This document shows positions 1-13,608 of a stretch of 64,000 bases of DNA, one piece after another. The notes beneath the pieces are model-generated. The model was not told where the DNA came from. It worked only from the letters and a program-made list of their open reading frames with translations, and did no database searches. Both the position numbers and the translations under genes were made by a program. The stretch is from Okamejei kenojei. Its lineage: Eukaryota. Position 1 is the stretch's first letter. Every line of letters starts with the position of its first letter. The stretch spans positions 36,704,001 through 36,768,000 of the forward strand of contig CM069153.1 in the NCBI GenBank assembly GCA_035221665.1, read 5' to 3'.

Positions 1-84
1 ATCTGCCAGCTGTCGGATCAATCCCATTACCGAACATTACCCTCTAAATCATCTCTTTCATGCCCAGGACTTTCATCCTACAGG

Positions 85-235
85 CATATCGGATTACCCA
101 TAGACGTCAATTAACCTACAATCAGCATCCCTTTGAGATGTGGGGAGAAGCCAGAGTACCTGGGGGGGAAACCAGTGTGGTTGTAGCGAGAGCATGCAAA
201 CACTATACAACAGCATTCCAGTCATTGGAATTGTG
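85..235 (-). mobile_element. tRNA-derived SINE (HE1/V-SINE-like), degenerate
   Basis: caattaacctac…ctttgagatgtgggga…catgcaaacac, shared with other copies. Confidence 0.65.
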
Positions 236-823
236 AGTCCACATCTCTTTTTGTTGTCTCCCTGCTCCACTACAAAAGAATAGATAATCTGTTTTGGCGT
301 TGATCACTTCTGAAGCAATGCCAAAGGATGCTTATGTCTTTGCTGGGGGGGAAAAGGCAGGAATTAGTTTAACATCATAGAACTGGCGCACGATAATTGG
401 AAACTTGAATCAGTGCCCAAATGCACGAATGTGAGCAGAATGCATTCCATGCTAAACAGCAGTCAGAATGGTGCTTCAACTTTGCACAATTCCCACATTG
501 AGATTAAGTGAGGATGGTGCGATTGGGGGACACTGATTAAACTAGGAAAGATTTGGCCACCACTTCATATTTGGTTTGTGCATCCAAAACAAACAGAATG
601 GCAAAACTATACTACCTAGGCTCCCGACATACAGGGGGTAGGATGCCATCCAGCCTCTTGGGGCTGTTTCAATGTGCAGGCCTGTGCTTTTCCCGAATCC
701 CGCCTGGATTTCACTGATGGACAATGACTGACTTGCAAAATAACTAACAGAACATCAAAAACCGTTGCTGTTGACCTTACTTACAGATACTCCATATTTC
801 AACGCAAATGCACAGCCATGTAC

Positions 824-977
824 CTTCCTCAGGGGTGGCCACTCGTCCTCCGCAGATTGATTTAGGTTGTCGTTGTGATCGGCGTCCGTGACAAATACAT
901 TGACTGTGCTGAGTTTATACAGAGGCTTCAGGCACACTCCCGATGCATCCCAGAAACGGATTGTTCCATCTTCATGT
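824..977 (-). CDS. LLGL2: LLGL2 coding exon 12 in window (gene continues beyond position 1)
   Basis: Translates (G)[51 protein letters not shown]; acceptor tgtag, donor GTACAT; 154 nt; frame continuous with the previous exon. Confidence 0.96.
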
Positions 978-1694
978 CTACAGAGGAGCAAGTGACAACA
1001 TAAGCAGTGATATAGGACCTGATAATCATAGAGGGAAACCCATCCCGATCTGTTCTGTGGGTTTTGATTACTGGGAACTGTATTGACTTGGGGGGGAAAA
1101 AAAAAAATTACCAGCTAGGCATAAACATATTGACCATCAGTTCAAGAGTTGTGACATTCATGCCTTATCCTGGACTGCCGACAGACAGGAATGTCTGAAT
1201 ATAGCCCTCTTCCAAAATATTCTAGAGTCAAGGCGCCTTTCTAAAAGTATGTTTCATGCTCATAGGAAAAAATAACACACAGCAGGTTGGAGCCTCTACT
1301 TAGCAACTAAATCTATTTTCTAGGCAAAAACAACCAGAGCTCAGACACACTATCACATGTGACATACGAGTTTGGGAGAACACACTCATTTTGTTTCTTT
1401 CACTCAATAATAATAAAAAGCTTAGAGGTTCTTCGAGTTTGGTTTTGCACATTCTCTATTTTATTAAGAGAATACAAACAGCCTGGTGAAAATGTCAGGT
1501 CCTGGTCAAGGCCCGGGCTCCTCATTACTGGATCAGCCCAGCTCTGCAGTATAGTAGAGAATAATGCTGGTTGGGGCTGCTGCCTTTTACACGAGTTGCT
1601 GTGTTATGGACTGACATGCCTGCTCCTGTAGAGTGTGAACGACCCCATGGGAATAGCTGCAGAGGTCCATCCACTCTCATTATTCCCTCACCCA

Positions 1695-1950
1695 AAACCT
1701 TCAGGTTCAATCCTGTCCTCCTATGCCATCAGTGTGGAATCTGCACATTCTCCGTGACCTTGTGGGTTTCCTCCCAAATCCCAAAGACATGTGGGTTAGT
1801 AGGTTAAATGGTCACAGTAAATTGTCCCGAGTGGTGGAATGTGTGGATGGTGATATGGGAAGGATGAATGTTAGGATTAGTGTAAATGGGTGTTTGATGG
1901 CTGGCATGAACTTGGTGGGCAGAATCTGCCCTGCCGCATCTCTCTATGCC
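1695..1950 (+). mobile_element. tRNA-derived SINE (HE1/V-SINE-like)
   Basis: B-box-like ggttcaatcct; tgtggaatctgcacattctcc…cccaaagac…gtaggttaaatgg. Confidence 0.75.
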
Positions 1951-2071
1951 ATTAACTGAGCTTCCAAATAATTCACTAGACAGGGAACTTCAACAAAAGA
2001 GACATGTAACCTGGGCACTGACACACAGCATGGCTCAATCCTGCTGAAGACACTTGATATCCAGCCCTTAC

Positions 2072-2139
2072 CCTGTGAGGAGGAGGTCTCTTTGTAAAGG
2101 TTCAGGAGCAGTGCTGTAGCCACCATCGATAGGCCATGG
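2072..2139 (-). CDS. LLGL2: LLGL2 coding exon 11
   Basis: PWPIDGGYSTAPEPLQRDLLLTG; acceptor ttccacag, donor GTAAGG; 68 nt; not in this frame in the ORF track. Confidence 0.95.
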
Positions 2140-2787
2140 CTGTGGAAACAACGTTACCAATCACAGAAACTAGTAGCAATCATTCAATTATTCGACTCGC
2201 ACATGAAAATTAGAGAACAAACAATTTCAGTGTCTGCAATGACCCCCTGACCGGCAGAGGGCTCTTTGCCCAGATTCCCAGGGACTGATCATTGCCTGTG
2301 GTACAAGTTGACAAACAGTGGGCATGTTAGAGAGTTGGTGTGAGGGAGAAAGTAAGAGAAGCAGTCTACATACATCCCTTTAGATATGTCCAGCAAATTA
2401 ATTCCATGAAAATAGAGTTTGATCCTACATAAACCTGGGACCACTAAACCTGCCTCCACAATACCCCCAGCACCAGCCTAAATGAGCATTAAACCCTGGC
2501 CTCACGTACCATTCCCACATGCATCAGGGCCACACGCAGCTGCTTCTCATCCCTTCCACAATCTTCATCTTCTCTGGCCCATTTGTTCTACTGCCAAACA
2601 CCAAACCCCACAGCACAAGCCCCTTTCCACAAACTCTTCCTCAAGCAAGTATTGTGCATCTTCAGCAGGAAGATTTAGCTAAATGACCATGGAAGAGCTG
2701 TCCTTTCTTAAGGCACAAGTTATCAGTCCCTCCTCTTTCTTACAAGCCCCCTTTCCTCTAGTGCCCAAAGGGTAAAGCACGCGGTAC

Positions 2788-3005
2788 CTTGCTGGAGTAG
2801 TGGGTCATCTGCTTGCTGCCTGCAGCGATGATTCTCTCCCAGAGTTTAATTGGGATGTTGGAGACATGATGGGAGCAGGTGATAGCCGAACAGTGGAGAG
2901 GTATCAGGTATGGGGATTGGATAACAGGCCATGAAGGAGTCTTCAAGTCAATGGCTACCAGTTCCTCCTCAGCTAGAACCACCAGAGCACTTGGGTCATC
3001 ACAAT
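2788..3005 (-). CDS. LLGL2: LLGL2 coding exon 10
   Basis: [73 protein letters not shown]; acceptor ttttcctag, donor GTACCG; 218 nt. Confidence 0.96.
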
Positions 3006-3989
3006 CTAGGAAAAACAAAATGGGGATTTCAAAGAATGCAGCATGTCCTCACAACATTAACAATAGCAGTGGGCCCAAAGGAAACATCACCACCCTCCAC
3101 ATGTACAGAATTTAACACCATTAGACATAGCAACTAAAGAGTTAAAATCACTACTAGCCAATTCTGCAAACATAGCTTAGGGAAAGTTGGACATTAATTC
3201 TGGGAACATTTGGGCAAAGGTTCATCAAACCACACCTTCCAATTCAAAGCATCAATGACTGAATTGCAGGGATAAGTAACACCTGCATCTGCAATTAAGT
3301 CAGAACACAGAGAGCATTCTCAGTGGCCCCAAGGCTTGCAACTACAGCATCGTAGTGGATTATTTCAGTACCATCCTTCACCTATTCACTTTGTTAATGA
3401 AATCAATTGTTCCAGTATTACAGGGAGAGCAATTTTGGCACAATCAGATCATTAAAAGATTTCAACCTGTACATTCAAACTCACAACATTTAAAGATAAA
3501 TTCATTAAATTAAACCAAATTTAAACCATGAGTCGGTTTAACCAAGTGGGTAAAATTGAGCTTTAAAATGATTTGGTTTCACATGAGCAATTGCTAATTG
3601 CAATTTTTTAAATCACACTTTGTTAGTGCAAAAATTACCAACTCATGAGAAATCGTTTTCTTTAATTAGCCACACAAAGACTATTCAGGAGAATTAACTT
3701 GCCGCCTTGCCCGCTTGTGATAAATCAAAGCACAATGAACAAGGAAAGATACCAAACCCGAGAAAGGATCCCACGGCTGGTTTATCTCGTGATCCGTCTG
3801 GGAATTGGAAACTATTGCTAGAGATAAGTAACACGATAATTATACTGAAGGGGAGAAACTTAAAGGAGATCTGGGTATCCACAAGGAACTGTGGACCATC
3901 CAAGGCACCACTAAATAACTCTTGGCATGAGATTTCCTCAGCAACCATTACCATCAATTTGGGAATCTATTTGACTGCTTCAGAGGGAG

Positions 3990-4910
3990 CAAGAAGGACA
4001 CACTTGTGTCATATGAATCTGATTGAGTTTTTTTGAAGAACTAACCAAAAAGGTTGATGAGGGCAAAGCAGTAGATGTTGCCTATATGGATTTCAGCAAA
4101 GCATTTGATAAGGTTTCATCACATGAGATCCAGGGAGAACTTTCCAACTCGATAGAGAATTGCCATAGAAAGGAGCAGCGGGTGATGATGGAAGGTTGTT
4201 TCTTGGAGTGGCGGCCTGAGACTAATGGTGTGCTTCAGGGATTGGTGCTGTTTGTAACTTCTATCAATGATTTGGTTGAGAATGTAAAAGCATGAATAGT
4301 AAGTGTGCAGGTGATACTAAAATGGGTGATATTGTAGATGGTAGATGTAGTTATCAAAAATTATCAGAAGATCTTGATCCTGGGCAAGTGGGCTGAGGAA
4401 TTATTAATGGTTTAATACAGATAAATGCGAGGTATTGCATTTTGGAAAGTCAAAACAGGGCAGAACCTTCACAGTGAATGGCAGGGCCCTGTGGAGTGTT
4501 GCAGAGCAGAGCGATCTAGCAATGTAGGCACAAAATTCCCTGAAAGTGGCATCACAGGGAGAAATGATGGGCAGGAAGGCTTTTGATACATTGGCCTTCA
4601 ACAGTCAGGGTATTCAGTATGGAGGTTGGAGTGTAATGTTTTGGTTGTACAAGATGTTGGCGAGGCCACATTTGGAATAGCAGGTTCAGTTTTGTCGCCA
4701 TGCTAGAGGAAGGACGTTGTTAAACTGAAAAGATTTACAAGAATGTTGTCAAAACCCGAGGGCCAAAACTGTAGGGAGAGGTTAAGCAGGCTATAACAAG
4801 TACTATAACAACATTGAAAAACCATTTGGACGGGTACATTGATAGGAAAGCTTTAGTGGGATCTTGGTTGGCAAGTTAGATCAAAGAGTCATTTCTATGC
4901 TGTATGACTA
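3990..4910 (+). mobile_element. CR1-type LINE 3' fragment (RT remnant)
   Basis: FFEELTKKVDEGKAVDVAYMDFSKAFDKV…NGVLQG; typical CR1 3' end. Confidence 0.9.
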
Positions 4911-5769
4911 TGGCCTCTGGGGGGGACAAAACTTGGTATAACTAAAAATGGGGTGCCAACCTAACAAAATGACAAAGGATGAGATGGGGTACATCGCAGA
5001 AATATTTTGCAGGCCAGGGCCAAGTAATCATCGAATCCTGGGCTCAAACCAAAGCTCAGCAATTCTGCTTAGTCCTGAACCCGAAGCATTAAACTGTTCC
5101 TCAGTCCTCAGACACTACCTGGCCCGCTGAGTGTTTCAACATTTCCTGTTTTTATTTTCAATTTCCAACAACTGTAATATTTTTGTATTAATTTACCTTC
5201 TAACAACTTTTATAGTCGTCTGTAGGTTTACATGTTCCATCTCATTGCAACAAGCAAAATTCATTCAGGGCTTGACAGTGGATAGAGGGATGATATGATC
5301 CCTGACTGTGGCGACTTCTACTGGGGTCAGTCTCAAAAGAAGGGATCAGATGTTTCTTCACCCAAAGATTGGTGGATCTTTGAGAAGCTCAATAGAGCTG
5401 TGGAAGCTCGCGACTGTGTGCATTCAAGACAAATCAATACCCCTTCGGATAGGAAGAGAATCAAGGGAGGTGCAGTTAGAGCAGGAATGTTGAAGTGTCA
5501 AACAGCCATCATCTACGTGAGCGGCTGGGCAAACACGAAGATAATGGCCCCATTTCTGATATTTCTACATTTTTATAGATTGCTGGGGCATTCAGAGGAA
5601 TGGATGTTTTACACACTTCATCCATTCACAGCAAAGGAGCTTCAGCACAAAATACCAGGACAAGCTGATGTACAAGTTGATCACATTATGGACTAGTTAG
5701 GAAGTCAAGCAACTTCTTCGTCCATCACCGAGAATCCGTACAAAGAGATAGACAGGTAGCAGCACTTAC

Positions 5770-5924
5770 CCGATTCTGATCCACCTTCATCAACCACAAA
5801 GAAATCAATGACTCGAGAGGTAAAATCAAATGCAATCTGTTTGGAGCCGTGTAAAACAGAAACACAGTGCCGGTCACCATAGCTCGCCCGGGGCATCCCT
5901 CCTTTGAAGATGATGAACGGAGTC
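5770..5924 (-). CDS. LLGL2: LLGL2 coding exon 9
   Basis: [51 protein letters not shown], with the LLGL signature [13 protein letters not shown]; acceptor ttctacag, donor GTAAGT; 155 nt. Confidence 0.97.
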
Positions 5925-7039
5925 CTGTAGAAAGAAAGTTTCCCCTCTGGATGTGAATCTAGTTCAATTCACGTTACAAGATAGCCCCAGTGACCACAAC
6001 ATAGATTTAGTACAAATACATTTAGCAGCTCACACTCCATGCCGCACTGCCATAATGAATGTTCTTCCTGAAACAAAGTACTTTGTCAATGCCTTTTCAA
6101 ACAGCTAAAAAACAAAACCATCTTTGCTTTGTTCCTCACTTTCAAAAATACCTTTAATATTATCTTTAATTCTTCTCTGTAAGTATTTCTCCCCTACTGT
6201 TGTTAGATTGACTGGCAAACAGCTATTGGGATATTCCACTTTAAGAACAAAGAGGGGTTAATATTAGCTATCGTCCAGTATTCTTCTACCTTGCCTATAT
6301 CGCTGGATTGAAAGTTTCTAGCCAGAAACCTCACAACATCTACCCTTGCTTATTAAAGATAAGGACCAAACCATTAGGAACGCGAGGTCCTATTATTTTC
6401 ATACTTGCAGAAGGTCTTGAGTTTAAGTACCTTCAGTGTTTTTAATCTATTTAATATTACTATTCGCTCCCCCTTTCCCACTCTGATCATATATTCTTTT
6501 GACTTTTACACAATGGCCTCAAAGATAGCCAGATTTGAGCTGCTAGTTATGTTCCGAGTCTCTTTCCTTTACTTGGCTTGGAGCAGCTATAGGAATGGTA
6601 ACACAAAGATACACTATGGAAGAATTTGAAAATTATATTGAGCGTTTGAAAATGGAAGTGATATTTAACTAGGAGCGAGTGAAAGTTGACAAACTCGGAG
6701 GTAGTGAGCAAATGCGATTGAGTGAGAGCTCAGTGCCTGGCAGAATTTTGGACAACCAAGTTTATGTCCAGTAGATTGAGGCATGCCACACAGGAAAGCA
6801 TTGGAATATGAAAATCTAGAAATAACAAATATGACTCAACCAGATGAAATTGAGACACAGTTAGGTTATGGTTGGAAGGTTGAAAGCCTTGGAGATGGCA
6901 AAGATGCAAGATCAAATACTCCCATATAGGTTAAGATGATGCAAATTCAGAGAACCAATAGGTGAATGGGAATGGTGGCCGAAGGATGACATGCGAGAGT
7001 GGCACCAAATAAAAAAGGTAATCTCTGCAATAAGAGGGA

Positions 7040-7640
7040 AGAAAGCTCAGGATGATATTGCTGGGCCTCTGGCAGATATATTTATAGCATTGGTAGCCAC
7101 TGGTAAGGTGTTGGACGAGTGGAGGGTGGCTAATATTGCGCCTTTATCTAAGAAAAGTTGCAAGGTAAAGCTGGAAAAACAGGCTGGTGTTCTAGACATC
7201 AATGGTGGGAAAGTTACCGGAGAAGATTCCATGCATGTGGAAAGGTCATCAAACTGGAAAGATTGCAAAAGATTTGAGGATGTTACCAGGACAGGAAGGT
7301 CTTAATTACCAGGAGAGGCTGGATAGACTAGGACCTTATATCCTGGAACATACAAGGCCAAAGAGTGACCTTAGGAGGTCCACAAAATCTCAAGGGAAAT
7401 AGAAAAGGTGATTAGCCACAATTATTTTTCCCTTTTGACTCTCCTGTCAATAGCATAGGATTAAGGAGAAAGATATTTAAAAAAAAGGCCAGAGGAGTAA
7501 CTCTTTCTACACAGAGGCAGTGCAAAAATGGTGAGCTGCCAGAGGAAGTTATAGAGACAGGTATAATTACAACATTTAAAAGCGACTTGAGCAGGTATAT
7601 GGATAGGAAAGGTTCGGAGGAATATGGGCCAGGCAGAGGC
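7040..7640 (+). mobile_element. CR1-type LINE fragment
   Basis: IAGPLADIF…EWRVANIAPL; LNYQERLDRLG. Confidence 0.8.
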
Positions 7641-8317
7641 GAGTAGGATCAACACTGCTGCTGGGAGGATTTGGAGCTTCCAATCACCTGCCACTTTAAA
7701 TCACCATTCCTTTATCTGTGCCCTCCTGCACTGTTATAATATCCAGGAACAGCATGACACCTCATGTCTGGGTATGATGTAGCTTGCAAGACTCATTCAT
7801 TGAACTTTAGGTAATTTGCCTTTTAGTCTATATCAGAACTGGCCATCGCTGTCTGTCATCCATCTATGATCCTGTCATCATTTCCCCCTCTCCATCAGTC
7901 TGGCCTGCTTGGTACTTTCCACAGCCCTGCGATAAGCAGCACTTGATCCATCCACCCATCCCCCAAGTTCTCTCTAACTGTAAACTAACTTGTTTTACCT
8001 CTTTCTCAATTCTGCCAAAGTGTTGTGAACCTGAAACAGTAGCAGTTTGCCTTTCCTCAAATGTTGCCCGTCTCACTCAGTGTTTCCAACATTTCCTGAT
8101 TTTATTCCAGTTCTCAGTCTTTCTTTGGAGTTGATTCTGTTATTTCCACCACGAGTGTTGGCTCCTTATTATGCTCCTTGCAGATGCACACGTGTACTCC
8201 GTTTAAGCCAGCACCGGACTTTACCCTTTCCTCGAACCATTCACCCCACCAGGTTATCTCCACACACCAAGCACACTTGCTTATTGCACGGCATTTTTAT
8301 GAAAAGCAACAACCTAC

Positions 8318-8372
8318 CTTTGCTTAGTTGCTAACCAAGTAATCTTTGGAATTGCTTTGCAGGGGTAGGGAC
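8318..8372 (-). CDS. LLGL2: LLGL2 coding exon 8
   Basis: GPYPCKAIPKITWLATKQ; acceptor gtccacag, donor GTAGGT; 55 nt. Confidence 0.95.
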
Positions 8373-9303
8373 CTGTGGACAAGGCAAGATAAAGAAGCTT
8401 CGTAAGTCTGCTGTATTCCAGACTTCACAATGCACCCTATTGCTGCTTGAATCCCCACATTATCAATTCTACAAAAAACAAACTGCTTGAGTAACTCAGC
8501 GGCTCATGGGCCTTGTATCTCAACACAAAGCACACTCAACCCAGTCTACTCAACATGGTTTTTGTAGGCAGCCGCTGCATATTGCCTTGGTATGTGACAA
8601 TGAGATTTTAACCATATCATTACTATGGAATTGCCAGCAAAGGACCAACCCTTCAACCTAGGTCCCAGAGCAGCTGCTGGGTGTGCAAGGATTCATGCCA
8701 GTCTCCTTTCACAATGATGCAGTCAGATACTCACCTCTCTCTATACTGCTTAACATTGATTCCACTAGCATATTCAGACCTGGGAATGCACCCCTTGTAC
8801 AAACAGTATTCAGGCAATATTCTTTAACATCCTAAATGTATCTCAAAGAATGAAAACAATTCTTCTTGTTGAACATCCTGCTCCTCTAGGCGTTACCCAT
8901 TAACTATTGCCGAGCTTCCTTCCTACTGCCCGGAAATCCATGAACTCCAGTGCTTCCACATGGGTGGAGAGGTCAACTGGTATACTTACTTGGAACTCCA
9001 ACACTATGGCCTTGGCATTATTGGAATACATCCCTGCAAACTATATCCCGTCACCCTGACTGCATCCTGTGGCATTTCTGCATCCAACTAATATTTCCCA
9101 TTTCCCAGATACACTCAAATCATGTAAATAAAAAAGGTTGAAGGAAAACAGTAACAATTCCATTTAATGATAAACCGTAACAAATACAAGGCACATTTGT
9201 TCACCTTCATTTCATTCGTTTATACCACGTTTACCCAATTAAGGATTTAAATTGTTCTTGTTTTTTCAGTGTAGGCAGCATTCCTTCAGTGGTATAGACT
9301 CAC

Positions 9304-9433
9304 CATAAGGCACTGTTTTTTCCAGAGGTTGTGGCAATCGGTCATTCGAAACAGGCCACTGATGAAAACTACCATCACTGTGTGAGCTGATAATCTGCCG
9401 CCCATCTCTCTGCCAGGCCACACTCTCCAACTG
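9304..9433 (-). CDS. LLGL2: LLGL2 coding exon 7
   Basis: QLESVAWQRDGRQIISSHSDGSFHQWPVSNDRLPQPLEKTVPY; acceptor ttcacag (CAGCAG tandem), donor GTGAGT; 130 nt. Confidence 0.95.
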
Positions 9434-10191
9434 CTGTGAACAAATAAACAGATAATGAAGAAGTGAATAAGCGATTGCCTATTCAGTTTAACTGGAGCTG
9501 CATAGCAGTGAGAATGATTCCTGCCCTACCAAATGGCAAGGTGGATATGAGAGTCTCGTGCCACGAGAGGTGGTGTGCGCATACCACAAGAATAGTGGAG
9601 CATGTGACATGAAACTACGCTATTTTTCCGTTCTTCTCAACGACCTTTACAATTCCAGTAGCTGCACTGTCCCTCTAATTCTTGCATTTACTATTTCAAT
9701 TTTGCATTTATTAATATTTAAACTTTTAGAGCCAAGCTTGAAACTTTGAACACAAACGTTAATTCGCTGCTGATTGGGAACTTGAGTGCAAACTAGTATC
9801 ATACCCTCATCTGCCTTTGAGTTTTAAGAGTAAACTTACATCTCCAAAGCTCCTGTGCAATAGCACGTGATAATGAGAGTATGATGATCATAAAATTTAC
9901 ACATTTCATCGTTTTATTTTGTGAATGTGGAGCCAGTCTAAAAGGGAAATGACAATACACCGTATTTATAAAGTTAATCAGGAAAAATGTATTACATGCA
10001 CCAACTGGTTCACTATTAGTTTTTGCAGGACACCAACTGTTCTTATTTGCTTTGGCCTGTATACAACTCCAATCACAGTGCTCTTCACTCAGGTTTGGGT
10101 TATCACAAACACAATAACTGCACTGGTAGAAAGATTCAATAAGGCTGTAAGTACATATGGTCAGAGATGGATTAACAAGATCAGTAAATAC

Positions 10192-10354
10192 CTGGTCTCC
10201 AAGAAAGTGGTGCGTTGCTTGGCTGGCCTCCAAGTCCCACAATATGACAAGGCCTCTGCTATATCCAACAAGAATCTGCTGGGGGTTTCTTGGGTTCTCC
10301 TGCAGGGCCTCAACAGACCCCAGTGACCGTCGACTTCTGTAATCATCAGGTACA
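10192..10354 (-). CDS. LLGL2: LLGL2 coding exon 6
   Basis: VPDDYRSRRSLGSVEALQENPRNPQQILVGYSRGLVILWDLEASQATHHFLGDQ; acceptor ttcttctag, donor GTATTT; 163 nt. Confidence 0.96.
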
Positions 10355-11002
10355 CTAGAAGAAAGAAAACAAGATAGGTCACTCATTTCAAATCAACAGT
10401 CTCCCCTCCCCATCTGCCCCAATTGACCTCCCCCTAGTCTACAACTTAAAAAGGTCCTTATTGAGGGAGATGGGCCAGTGAGACACTGAGGGGTTTCAAG
10501 CATAGACAGAAGGTCCCATGACGAGTGAACGGAATGTCTTCAAATAATTCTCTAAGCAACACAAGAATTTTTGGCAAGGAATGCACCATTTTTAGACAAT
10601 TCTCGAAAAATCATGGGTTCTGTGAAAATGACACGTATGTATTTGCAAGGCATGTTTCATGACTGGAGAAGGCTAGTTGAAGATGGAGCTGCAGTTTGCG
10701 CTGAGTGGATGAGATCAAGGATTATTCCGTTGGGTGAGGTGGTGGCAGATTTGGGAAGGAAACAACGACAACAATCTAGGAGAAGCGTGCACAATAACAG
10801 TTCACGTAGTGGCCTGAAGGGCAGGTTGGGTGGTCTGCAGTTGATGGGAATGTGGTCCAGTTGCGGAGAACAAAATGGACTCAAAATGTAGAAAGCCAGC
10901 ATCAGTTTTTGGTAGAGTAGATGGAAGGCAGGGAATAGAGACAGAAAACCTGATGGTCTAAGGTTTGAGGACAATTTCATCACTCACACTGGAGGCAAGG
11001 TT

Positions 11003-11570
11003 AGAAACATAGAAAATAGGTGCAGGTGGAGGCCATTCAGCCCTTCGAGCCAGCACCGCCATTCATTGTGATCATGGCTGATCGTCCCCTATCAATAACC
11101 CGTGCCTGCCTTCTCCCCATATCCCTTGATTCCACTAGCCCCTAGAAATCTATCTAATTCTCTTAAATTCATCCAGTCACTTGGCCTCCACTGCCCTCTG
11201 TGCCAGGGAATTCCACAAATTCACAACTCTTTGGGTGAAAACGTTTTTTCTCTCCTCAGTCTTAAATGGCTTCCCCTTTATTCTAAGACGGTGACTCGCT
11301 CAACATTGGGAACATTTTTCCTGCATCTAGCTTGTCCAGTGCTTTTAAAATTTTATATGTTTCTATAAGATTCCCCCTCATCCTTCTAAACTCCAGTGAA
11401 TACAAGCCTAGTCTTTTCAATCTTTCCTCATATGACAGTCTCGCCATCCTACGCTGCACTGCCTCAATTACAAGGATGTCCTTCCTCAAATTCGGAGACC
11501 AAAACAGGACACAATACTCCAGATGTGGTCTCACCAGAGCCCTATACAACTGCAGAAGAACCTCTTTACT
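11003..11570 (-). mobile_element. CR1-type LINE 3' end
   Basis: [18 protein letters not shown]…[29 protein letters not shown]; 3' tail ttctatgtttct. Confidence 0.92.
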
Positions 11571-12130
11571 GATGGAGAGGAGATGAAGGAAAAAGCAGTA
11601 AGGACTATAGTAAAAGAAAATCGGCAGTTTTCTTTAGATTCCAGGATTATTATCCTGTTAAATATGAGCATGTTAGGCCAGTGGTCCAGCCAGTTTTAGA
11701 GATAAATAGTGAAATAAGTTGTGTGTCTCGATCACTGAATTGCCATTTGGACATAAAGGACTAGAGATAAGGAACATACTGGGATAGATGGAAACAGACT
11801 GAAAGATCAATGAAATAAATTAATTTTGACAGGTTCAGTACACAGACGGAAAGAGACTAGAAAATTGAGATCCAGTAAATTGGGCAAAAAGATGGATAGT
11901 CAAAAAGTTCTAATTATAATCACAAACTTTACCAGGCAGGCACAAGCACCTAAAGTCCCCAGCAACATCCCTTCATTTCAGTCATTCATTTAAACCTGAT
12001 ATTGATGACAATATATTGACGAGAGCACTGACTAGCAGCTTTTACTTCATACCATACCATTTTTTGATAGGTTACACCAGGGAGAGTTAAGATAATGAAA
12101 GCACCAGGCTGGTTTGAAGCAAATACTTAC

Positions 12131-12289
12131 TTCTGTAGAACAGCTTCATGGGTGATTGTTCTCGCCTCCTGCTCTCTGAATGATGGTTGCTCCACCACAA
12201 ACACACAGCCACCTTCTGTTCCCAGAAATAACACATCACCAGAGGAATGAGGCAGGACGACGGTTATAGTGGTGACACTTGGCGGAGCA
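12131..12289 (-). CDS. LLGL2: LLGL2 coding exon 5
   Basis: [52 protein letters not shown]; acceptor tttgcag, donor GTAAGT; 159 nt; absent from the ORF track. Confidence 0.95.
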
Positions 12290-12672
12290 CTGCAAATAGG
12301 AAATTAGATCAGAGATAGCTCCATCCGATTCAGAAAGCAAGACTAAAAAAACAGAACTTAGCATTACTGCCTAGAGCACTGGAGATGTCACCATTAAAGC
12401 ATACCAGTTGCAGATATAAAAAAAGGCTGCTGGAGGTCAGGCCGCACCTGTGGAGTTAAATGGATGGATAACGTTTTGGGTCGGGTCCTTTCGTCAAACA
12501 GCATCAGTTGTAGTATGACCCACTTTGGCTGACAATGAGAGTAACAATGACAATGTTGCTGTCCAATCCCACATTCACACAGGTTCTCTTCGCTCTCCTG
12601 ACCATGACCCATTTCTCTCCCACAACTGCCTGTGCACGCCCCAACTCAAGCCTCGCCAGTTTAAATCCTTAC

Positions 12673-12791
12673 CCCGGCTGCCCTTTTAATTCAAAGTGAG
12701 ACTCCCTCTTCAGCATACTCAGTCCATCTGAGCTTTTCTTCAGTTTCCACAAATGCAAGCTATTGTCATCCAGTAGTGTCACCAACTGCCC
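12673..12791 (-). CDS. LLGL2: LLGL2 coding exon 4
   Basis: GQLVTLLDDNSLHLWKLKKSSDGLSMLKRESHFELKGQPG; acceptor ctttgcag, donor GTAAGG; 119 nt. Confidence 0.96.
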
Positions 12792-13526
12792 CTGCAAAGA
12801 TATTCCACATGAAGGATTACTAGGCATTATAGCAAAAAATTCCGAAAACCACAGTGCGTCCCACACCCCACAGAAGCTTTTAGCAAATACAGGCACCTTG
12901 CATTTTATATGGGAGCTACAGGCTTCAAAAACAGCGTGCACATTATAAAGCATGTAAATCAGACTTATGCCAGGCACCAAACATTGGAAAAATATATCCC
13001 AAAGGCAGATACATAAGCATGTAACTAAATAGCTGCAGACAACCATTTGAGTTTTCTTTCTGTTTAGCAAAACTGAACTTGCAAGATAACTTTGAATGGT
13101 GACGTGCAGGTTTGCCAGGTATATATCTGAGCGCGTTTCTCCAAAAATAGGAATGCGTTAATTAAACTTCTGTAGAAATTAGAGAAGCACGTTATTCTAA
13201 AAAGGCATAAATCATGCAAGCTCAAAACACAAGGTGCCTGTATTCGCTTATTTCCAGTTACACTTCCACCGACTGATTTTTCCTTACTTAACTTACCACC
13301 AATCATTTTAGCTTTGCTCCAACATCCTTGCCATTTAAGCTATGCCTGATAATGGAAAGAAGTGGGGAGTAAAAGAAGCCACAGGAAGAGGAGTGATAAC
13401 AAAAGCGTGGTGGTGGTGGTTGGGGGTGAGGAGGGCAGGAGAAAAATTGAATAATAAGGCAGGGAAGTGATAAATAAAGAAAGAAACAAAACAAGACAAA
13501 TGAAAAAGCAAGGAAGAAGCTATTAC

Positions 13527-13608
13527 CTGTTCTGGTAGGAAATGAATCTGGGTGACTGCTGCAGTCTCGTCGTGCAAGGCCATGATCTCCACCTCTGGTG
13601 CTCCATAG
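13527..13608 (-). CDS. LLGL2: LLGL2 coding exon 3
   Basis: YGAPEVEIMALHDETAAVTQIHFLPEQ; acceptor ggctgcag preceded by U12 branch site TCCTTAAC; donor GTAATA; 82 nt. Confidence 0.96.

Noticed and set aside
9799-10386. 195-aa ORF as a standalone gene
   Set aside because: Only 10192-10354 is LLGL2 exon; the rest is chance read-through into intron
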